A stretch of 20,924 bases of DNA from Candidatus Rifleibacteriota bacterium (lineage in GTDB: Bacteria; Muiribacteriota; Ozemobacteria; Ozemobacterales; Ozemobacteraceae). Location of the stretch: contig JBNJGH010000062.1 in the NCBI GenBank assembly GCA_051747585.1, positions 1 to 20,924 on the forward strand, in the 5' to 3' direction. Positions 1-5,392 of the stretch are shown one piece after another. The position numbers and the translations under genes were made by a program. Each line of letters opens with the position of its first letter. Within the stretch, counting starts at the first letter, position 1. The notes under the pieces are model-generated. The model did not search any database. It was not told where the DNA came from and saw only the letters and a list, made by a program, of their open reading frames with translations.

Positions 1-10
1 CTCCATAAAA
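1..10 (-). rRNA. rrs: Probable extreme 5' end of a 16S rRNA gene (continues off the window start)
   Basis: The minus strand ends ...ATTTTTATGGAG, which matches the common 16S start (TTTATGGAG-AGTTTGATC). It lies downstream of a strong promoter, a boxA-like motif and a structured non-coding leader. Only ~10 nt are visible, so the call rests on context. Confidence 0.65.
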
Positions 11-235
11 ATTATTATCAAATCCTTTGCTTGCGCAAAGAACCTAATGACATTTTACGAAGTTGATCTAAGTCAAGAATCAACGTAATCAATATGAAGT
101 CTTCTAGTTAAAGAAAACTTCACCTCAAAGGATCTTGTGTTCAACAAGACCCGCTTGGCGTCTTCATTCAGTCTTTTGATCTTATTCTCAAAGAGCTTTC
201 GGCTACTTTTTTCGCCGACCTGTCGTGACAGGAAA
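11..235 (-). ncRNA. rRNA operon 5' leader with boxB-like hairpin and boxA antitermination motif
   Basis: Minus-strand elements: hairpin CCTGTC-AC-GACAGG (219-232), hairpin TCGGC-N10-GCCGA (199-218), then AGCTCTTTGAGAA (185-197, boxA-like). Further stems follow, including GTGAAGTTTTCT/AGAAGACTTCAT and TTCTTTGC-GCAA-GCAAAGGA with a GNRA loop. No credible CDS. Confidence 0.7.
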
Positions 236-238
236 CTC

Positions 239-300
239 AGCATATCAATTAAGCAAAATAAAGTCAATAAATTTCTTAAATATTTTTTATTTTTTTCCCA
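239..300 (-). promoter_or_regulatory. Strong sigma70-type promoter (rrn P-like) with UP element
   Basis: -35 TTGACT (267-262), 17-nt spacer, extended -10 TGn-TATGCT (244-239), and an A/T-rich tract upstream (268-300). Confidence 0.8.
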
Positions 301-341
301 GATTATTAATTTGGACAAGAAAAGCCTGATTCAAACTGCAA

Positions 342-1133
342 TTATTTTGCAAATCTTATAATCTTACCATTTCGAAATGCGACAATCTGGGCCAGTATTT
401 CAACTGCAATTTCTTCCGGCGTAGTGCTGCCAAGGTTAATGCCTATGGGGGAAAATATAGATTCGGCTCGTTCGCGTTCGATACCCTGTTTTACCAGAGC
501 AGCTTTCATTTCCTTAAGCTTTTTGGCGGAACTCACCAGTCCCACATAAGGGGCTTTGGTTGGCAACACATGTTCCAACACCTGCCAGTCTTTTTGATGG
601 CCGGGAGTCACGACTACGACGAAACTTCTGTCTGTAAGCCCCAGCTCCCTGGCTGCATCTTCGTAATTCCGGCATAAAGTCTTTTCACATTCAGGGAAAA
701 GAGCAGGATCGGCAAACTCAGGCCTTTCGTCAACAATAGTAACCCGGAACCTGGCCAAAGCAGCCATTTTCGCCAGAACCTTTCCGATATGTCCGGCACC
801 AAAAATAACCATTTGCGGTTCATCTGCAATCATTTCGATAAAAACTCTTGCTTTGCCCCCACACACAGGATCTTCGCCCTCAAGTGGGTTATTGAGATCG
901 AAAGTCACTATAGTAGCAGTGCCATTCTTAAATAGCTCGAGAGCTTCCTGCCGGACTTTTTCTTCATTAATTCCGCCCCCCGTAGTACCAAGCGTTGTTC
1001 CATCTCTGAACACTATCATTTTCTGCCCTACTTTACCGGGGCTGCTACCAATAGTCTCAACAACTGTGCATAAAACAAAGGCTTCATTTCGCTGAAAAGC
1101 CTCTTTCATTTCTTGATAAAATTCTGTTGCCAT
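342..1133 (-). CDS. xdhC: XdhC/CoxI family molybdoenzyme (xanthine dehydrogenase) accessory protein
   Basis: N-terminal TVVETIGSSPGKVGQKM...GTTGGG..E, a CGG motif, Rossmann-like IFGAGHIG, VVVTPGHQKD, and C-terminal SPIGINLGSTTPEEIAVEILAQI. Confidence 0.92.
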   Translation of the reverse strand: MATEFYQEMKEAFQRNEAFVLCTVVETIGSSPGKVGQKMIVFRDGTTLGTTGGGINEEKVRQEALELFKNGTATIVTFDLNNPLEGEDPVCGGKARVFIEMIADEPQMVIFGAGHIGKVLAKMAALARFRVTIVDERPEFADPALFPECEKTLCRNYEDAARELGLTDRSFVVVVTPGHQKDWQVLEHVLPTKAPYVGLVSSAKKLKEMKAALVKQGIERERAESIFSPIGINLGSTTPEEIAVEILAQIVAFRNGKIIRFAK

Positions 1134-1213
1134 AAACCCTTTTCCTGTTAATTGATCTAGTTAAATTATTAAGCCCTGAACAACAAATATACAAGTAATT
1201 TTTCAATAAATAG

Positions 1214-1241
1214 TCAAGGTTTGGGCTCATAACGCCGATAG
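1214..1241 (+). promoter_or_regulatory. sigma28 (FliA/SigD/WhiG)-like promoter upstream of the MTase-divIVA operon
   Basis: TCAAG (1214-1218)-N15-GCCGATAG (1234-1241). SD GGAGG at 1264-1268 and ATG at 1273 lie downstream. Confidence 0.6.
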
Positions 1242-1272
1242 CTTTCAAAGAGAAAAATAAAACGGAGGCAAC

Positions 1273-2490
1273 ATGAGCGCCCAAGCCCTACTACAAAACA
1301 TATCCACTGGTTCACCCGCTTTACACCCCGGACAACTTGACACGCCCTACGGGCCAATAAAACGCACCTACAACGAGTTCTGGACCGCCAAACAACGCCA
1401 GCTTCATTCGCTGCACTATTCAAACTCTTACAGAGCGTCGTTCAAGCCTGAGCTGCCCGATTTCTTTATCAAACGGCTTACAAGACCAGGCGACAGAGTA
1501 GGCGATCCATTCGGTGGCCGTGGAACAACAATACTTCAAGCTTCAATTCTTAATCGCAAGGGCGTCAGCAATGATGTTAATCCTCTTTCAGAAAGACTTG
1601 CCTATCCGAAAGTAAACCCTGTAACCATTACAGAGGTCGAAGACAGGCTTAGGGAAATCGATCTTTCTGCTTCGGTTGATTTGAGCAAAGAAGAAGATAT
1701 GTCAATGTTCTATCATCCCGACACTTATACGGAATTAATTAATCTGCGAAATTATCTGCGCAATAACCGGGATGATATAGACCGCTTCATTGAAATGACA
1801 ACTCTATCACGGTTGCATGGGCACTCTAAGGGCTTTTTCTCAGCTTATTCATTTCCACAAATTTCGGTTCCCAAAACCAACCAGGCCAAAATTAACAAAA
1901 CCCGTGGAGTTGCGCCTGATTACCGCGATGTAAAAACACGCATAATCAAAAAAGCACGCAGGACACTTAAAAGCGGCGCTATTGAAGAAATTAGAAAACT
2001 CAGAAATTTTCAACGAATTACTACCGGTGATTCAAGAGAATTAAAGGGATGGGAAAGCGAAAGCGTTGATCTGGTAGTAACTTCGCCACCATTTTTAAAT
2101 CAGGTAGATTATATTCAGGATACCTGGATAGAAAGCTGGTTTTGTGACATACCCCAAAGTGAGCTCGAAGGAAAAATCATTCAGACACCGGATCTGGACA
2201 AATGGGCTCAATTTATTTCGGAGACATTAAGCGAGCTGCACCGTGTGGTAATAAAAGGTGGACACGTTGCCATGGAAGTCGGAGAAGTTCGTTATCGTGG
2301 ACAGCTATTAAACCTTGATGAAATAGTAGTGGGTCTTACTGCTGCTAAAAATTACAATTTTGGACAATTCAGAGTTAAGGAAATTCTGGTACAAAGCCAG
2401 CAATTTACAAAACTTGCGAACTGCTTTAAGGTTGCTAACAACAAGCTTGGCACCAATACAAATCGTATTGTTCTGATGGAAAAGATTTAG
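1273..2490 (+). CDS. Orphan amino-DNA methyltransferase (N4-cytosine/N6-adenine type; motif I precedes motif IV)
   Basis: SAM-binding DPFGGRGTT (aa ~78) and catalytic DLVVTSPPF (SPPF aa ~271), separated by a long putative target-recognition region. SD GGAGG. No adjacent endonuclease. Confidence 0.88.
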   Translation: MSAQALLQNISTGSPALHPGQLDTPYGPIKRTYNEFWTAKQRQLHSLHYSNSYRASFKPELPDFFIKRLTRPGDRVGDPFGGRGTTILQASILNRKGVSNDVNPLSERLAYPKVNPVTITEVEDRLREIDLSASVDLSKEEDMSMFYHPDTYTELINLRNYLRNNRDDIDRFIEMTTLSRLHGHSKGFFSAYSFPQISVPKTNQAKINKTRGVAPDYRDVKTRIIKKARRTLKSGAIEEIRKLRNFQRITTGDSRELKGWESESVDLVVTSPPFLNQVDYIQDTWIESWFCDIPQSELEGKIIQTPDLDKWAQFISETLSELHRVVIKGGHVAMEVGEVRYRGQLLNLDEIVVGLTAAKNYNFGQFRVKEILVQSQQFTKLANCFKVANNKLGTNTNRIVLMEKI

Positions 2491-2500
2491 GAGGCAAACT

Positions 2501-2989
2501 ATGAGAATCACCCCATTAGACATCTATCAAAGAGAATTCTCGAGAAAAAACATTGGCGGACTTGATGAGAATGAAGTATACAGCTTTCTCAAAAAAATCG
2601 GGCGAGAATACGAATCTCTCTATGCAGAGAACAAATCACTCAAAGATCAAGCTCAGCGGCTCACCGGCCAGATGGAAGACTACCTTGAGCTTGAAAAAAC
2701 ATTGAAACAAACCCTTATTTCTGCCCAGAAGGCTTCCGGGGAGCTTAAAGACAATGCAGAAAAAGAGGCCGAGCTCATAGTAAGAGAAGCTGAAATGCAG
2801 GCGGAAAGGATTCTGGATGAAACCAGAACTGAATCTGAAGTCATAGGAAAAGAAATTCGCGAACTCAAAAAGCAGAAACGTATGCTCAAAGTAGAGCTTA
2901 GAACAGTTCTTGAATCATATCTTTCAATGCTTAACGAAGAATCTCCGGTATTTGCACGCATTCCAAGGCCTGAAAGCAAAGCAGCCTGA
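2501..2989 (+). CDS. divIVA: DivIVA domain cell division/polarity protein
   Basis: N-terminal ITPLDIYQREFSRK..GLDENEVYSFL signature, followed by a coiled coil with AEKEAELIVREAE. SD AGGAGG overlaps the upstream stop codon. Confidence 0.93.
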   Translation: MRITPLDIYQREFSRKNIGGLDENEVYSFLKKIGREYESLYAENKSLKDQAQRLTGQMEDYLELEKTLKQTLISAQKASGELKDNAEKEAELIVREAEMQAERILDETRTESEVIGKEIRELKKQKRMLKVELRTVLESYLSMLNEESPVFARIPRPESKAA

Positions 2990-2992
2990 GAA

Positions 2993-3313
2993 ATGGCTTC
3001 TATTCTTCCATGCCTGAGCGAAGGAAAGGAAGGAATTCGGCTGAAGGTTCTTGCGGTGCCAAAATCGTCAAGAACACAAGTCGTTGACTTACTCGAAGAT
3101 AAGTGTAAAATAAAAGTGAAAGCCCCTCCGGTGGAAGGGAAAGCTAATAAAGTGCTGCTTAACGCTCTAGCCAAACTGTTTAAATTACCAAAAAAGGCAG
3201 TTGTTCTTGACAAGGGCTCAGCCGGCAGGAATAAGGTTTTTATATTGAAAGAAATAAGTCTGGAAAAAGCAAGCTCTGTCCTCGACAAGATACTTTCAGC
3301 GAAAGCAGGGTAA
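2993..3313 (+). CDS. yggU: DUF167 (YggU/UPF0235) family protein
   Basis: VLAVPKSSR...KIKVKAPPVEGKANKVLL..LAKLF...GSAGRNK signature. Its position after divIVA is the usual one. Confidence 0.92.
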   Translation: MASILPCLSEGKEGIRLKVLAVPKSSRTQVVDLLEDKCKIKVKAPPVEGKANKVLLNALAKLFKLPKKAVVLDKGSAGRNKVFILKEISLEKASSVLDKILSAKAG

Positions 3314-3319
3314 TTCAGC

Positions 3320-3868
3320 ATGACAATAAAGATGAACAGATGGTTGTGGGCACTTTGGGGTGCCATGATTGTCTCTATGATTTTAAGGAGACAAGCTGAC
3401 ACCTATATGATAGTTGCCCTGATTATTTTGCCGATTTTAATTGTTCTTCTAGATCTGCACGAAGAGATTTCAATTTTAAAAGAAGAAAACAAGCATCAGC
3501 GAAAGTTTGTTATGGACAGATACAATGTTTTGCAGGAGAGACTCAACGACGTCTCTGATCAGATTGAAACCAGGCTGGTGGTTGATTTTGCCGAGTTTGC
3601 CAAAAATAATCCTGTAAATGATGAAGCAGAATCGGGTTTGCCTCTTGAGAATCCCGATTATCGAAGATCCTTGAAAAGAAAAGCTCTGAAGAAGAAAAGA
3701 CGACGGGAGCTTGAAGAAGTGGCTGAGCAAGAGCCTGTTGATTTCAACGACATTGAAACAGACGAAGAAAATTCTAATAATAGACATAGGACGGAAACAG
3801 AAGAAGACTTTCTCGATGAAGAGTATGATTATGAGGAAGAAGACGAAGAAGATTTTGAAGATATTTAA
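3320..3868 (+). CDS. Hypothetical membrane protein (two N-terminal hydrophobic segments, coiled coil, basic patch, acidic tail)
   Basis: 182-aa ORF 6 nt after yggU. Hydrophobic N-terminus, RRSLKRKALKKKRRR patch, D/E-rich C-terminus. Confidence 0.8.
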   Translation: MTIKMNRWLWALWGAMIVSMILRRQADTYMIVALIILPILIVLLDLHEEISILKEENKHQRKFVMDRYNVLQERLNDVSDQIETRLVVDFAEFAKNNPVNDEAESGLPLENPDYRRSLKRKALKKKRRRELEEVAEQEPVDFNDIETDEENSNNRHRTETEEDFLDEEYDYEEEDEEDFEDI

Positions 3869-3901
3869 TTAACAGATCTGTTCTTATGATAGTTATTTAG
3901 C

Positions 3902-3931
3902 AAAAGGTGCCGATTTTTCGGCATTTTTTTT
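3902..3931 (+). terminator. Rho-independent terminator of the MTase-divIVA-yggU operon
   Basis: TGCCGA-TTTT-TCGGCA stem-loop (3908-3923) followed by T8. An upstream A-tract could make it bidirectional. Confidence 0.75.
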
Positions 3932-3980
3932 ATTTTTCGGCATTCCGGCCGAATAAACGTTTTTGTTTTTTTAATAAAAA

Positions 3981-4070
3981 ACGACAACGACAACGATTAC
4001 GATTACGATTACGAGCACGAGCACGAGCATCCGCCGTCGCCAAGGCTATAGCGGACAAGCAAGCACGATT
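3981..4070. repeat. ACGANN hexamer tandem array interrupted by a palindromic REP-like unit
   Basis: (ACGACA)2(ACGATT)3(ACGAGC)3, then TCCGCCGTCGCCAAGGCTATAGCGGACAAGC (4030-4060), then AAGCACGATT. Confidence 0.9.
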
Positions 4071-4224
4071 AATTTTTTGCGGCTTGGTGTGAGGGATATA
4101 TTATTTCAGGAAACAAAATGACAATCATTGCATGAGAATTAGGGGGTGTTTTACGTGAAGGGTTCCGGGAGGCATGTATTTTGCTTATAATATTCTTATA
4201 AGTTTTTATAAGGAACAAAGTTGA

Positions 4225-5007
4225 ATGAAAGCAAAAAGTATAAAAGTATTAAGTATAGTTGCAATGTTCACACTAAGTTCTGCGGCCTTATTCGCCTGGG
4301 GCAGCAGAGTACATGTAAAAATTGTTTCCGATGCATATCACATTATGCCTAAGGCATTTAGAGAATATCTGGGCGAAATAAAAAAGCCAAAGCTCAAGAA
4401 GCCTGCCTTAAAGCACCTTGCAGTTGCTTCGATAGAACCTGACCGCAAATTAAAAGATTTTCACAATCATGTTTTTCATATTCAGGGCTTCAATATGGGC
4501 AAAGGTCCATTTCATATACAGAATCTGGTTGAAGAAACTATTCAAATGATAGAACAAAAGAAAAGCAAAAAAGATATAATGCAAAAGCTTGGCTGGATAG
4601 CTCATTATGCAAGCGATCTGGTTCAACCCCTTCACACCGGCGTAAGTCTCGATGAAAATATTGAGGAAAAAAGCTATCATTCAGCCACAGAGCGCCATGC
4701 CGATAAATATGTTTTAACTTATCCGGTAAATTTTGATGGCTGCCAGTCGATGAAAAGAGTAAGCGCCCGGGTTATTTACGAAGCTCTCTGGGCGAACAAG
4801 TATTACGAAGCTCTTGAAGATGCCTACACCAAAGGCGAAAAATACAAAGAAAGCCGCGAAATCATTGAAAAATGTTATTCCAGAGCGGTTAATAACGTGG
4901 TCGACCTCTGGTATACCATCTGGGAAAAAAGTGGCGGCAAAACCCTACCTTCAGACAAGAAACCAAGATTTTTCCCCGCGCCCGAAAAGTATAATCCCGA
5001 CGAATAA
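4225..5007 (+). CDS. Secreted zinc-dependent phospholipase C / S1-P1 nuclease superfamily protein
   Basis: Signal peptide ends ALFA directly before WGSRVH (N-terminal Trp Zn ligand). Other trinuclear-Zn motifs: EPD, HNH, HYASDLVQPLH and YHSATE. Confidence 0.85.
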   Translation: MKAKSIKVLSIVAMFTLSSAALFAWGSRVHVKIVSDAYHIMPKAFREYLGEIKKPKLKKPALKHLAVASIEPDRKLKDFHNHVFHIQGFNMGKGPFHIQNLVEETIQMIEQKKSKKDIMQKLGWIAHYASDLVQPLHTGVSLDENIEEKSYHSATERHADKYVLTYPVNFDGCQSMKRVSARVIYEALWANKYYEALEDAYTKGEKYKESREIIEKCYSRAVNNVVDLWYTIWEKSGGKTLPSDKKPRFFPAPEKYNPDE

Positions 5008-5025
5008 CCTGCTTAATTTAAGACT

Positions 5026-5049
5026 GGGACTCAAAATTTTGGTCCCTAC
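5026..5049 (-). repeat. GTAG-type REP-like palindrome
   Basis: The minus strand reads GTAG-GGACCAAAATTTTGAGTCCC: a GTAG tetranucleotide followed by an imperfect hairpin. Confidence 0.5.
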
Positions 5050-5108
5050 GCTTTTATTTACAAAAATAATCGACGACGGGCAGGATGTCCTGGTAATGGT
5101 TTGTCTCA

Positions 5109-5160
5109 AGGTCATTTCGACGCTTCGACTACGCTCAGCGGAAGCTTCGCTCAATGACCT
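5109..5160. repeat. Nested palindromic REP-like element
   Basis: Outer IR AGGTCATT/AATGACCT encloses CTTCGACTACGCTCAGCGGAAG (5123-5144), which recurs as CTTCGACTCCGCTCAGCACAAG at 12614-12635. Confidence 0.75.
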
Positions 5161-5167
5161 ATATTTA

Positions 5168-5209
5168 ACGAGAACGATTACGAGCACGAGCACGAGCACG
5201 AGCACGATA
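5168..5209. repeat. Second ACGANN hexamer tandem array
   Basis: ACGAGA ACGATT (ACGAGC)4 ACGATA, in the same orientation and with the same units as 3981-4070. A degenerate CGATAC/CGATAG run follows at ~5253-5283. Confidence 0.9.
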
Positions 5210-5327
5210 ATAATTTTACTAAATTTCTATGCGGGTTAGTATGAGGCGAAAACGATAGTGATACCGAATACCGATAGCGATACTGGGAATTCTTCTGGAG
5301 AGGCGGCCTTTTTTTTGAGAGGTACCC

Positions 5328-5356
5328 TTGTGGGTAAACTTTTTAATAAGTATAAT
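5328..5356 (+). promoter_or_regulatory. sigma70-type promoter of the 789-aa protease gene
   Basis: TTGTGG-N17-TATAAT, with SD GGAGG at 5379-5383 before ATG 5393. Confidence 0.6.
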
Positions 5357-5392
5357 TAGACAAAATCCCCTCAACTCTGGAGGCAGAGAAAA

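Noticed and set aside
73..361. ORFs 73..318 (-) and 137..361 (+)
   Set aside because: They overlap the rrn-like promoter and structured leader, use weak starts and show no protein-like features.
1273..2490. Restriction-modification or other defence system
   Set aside because: No endonuclease, specificity subunit or defence gene is adjacent; the neighbours are housekeeping genes.
2680..3402. 240-aa minus-strand ORF
   Set aside because: Antisense shadow of the clearly recognisable divIVA and yggU genes.
3907..4092. 61-aa ORF with RQRQRLRLRARA, and ORFs 4814..5239 / 4951..5205 with TSTSTS or VLVLVL
   Set aside because: The dipeptide runs are translations of the non-coding hexamer arrays. The ORFs overlap a terminator or a real gene.
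3981..5209. CRISPR array
   Set aside because: The units are 6-bp tandem repeats with no unique 25-45-nt spacers, and there are no cas genes.
5250..5277. Fifth sigma28-like -10 box (ACCGATAG at 5270-5277)
   Set aside because: It lies inside the CGATAS repeat run with no matching -35 (AAACG), and the downstream gene has a good sigma70 promoter.
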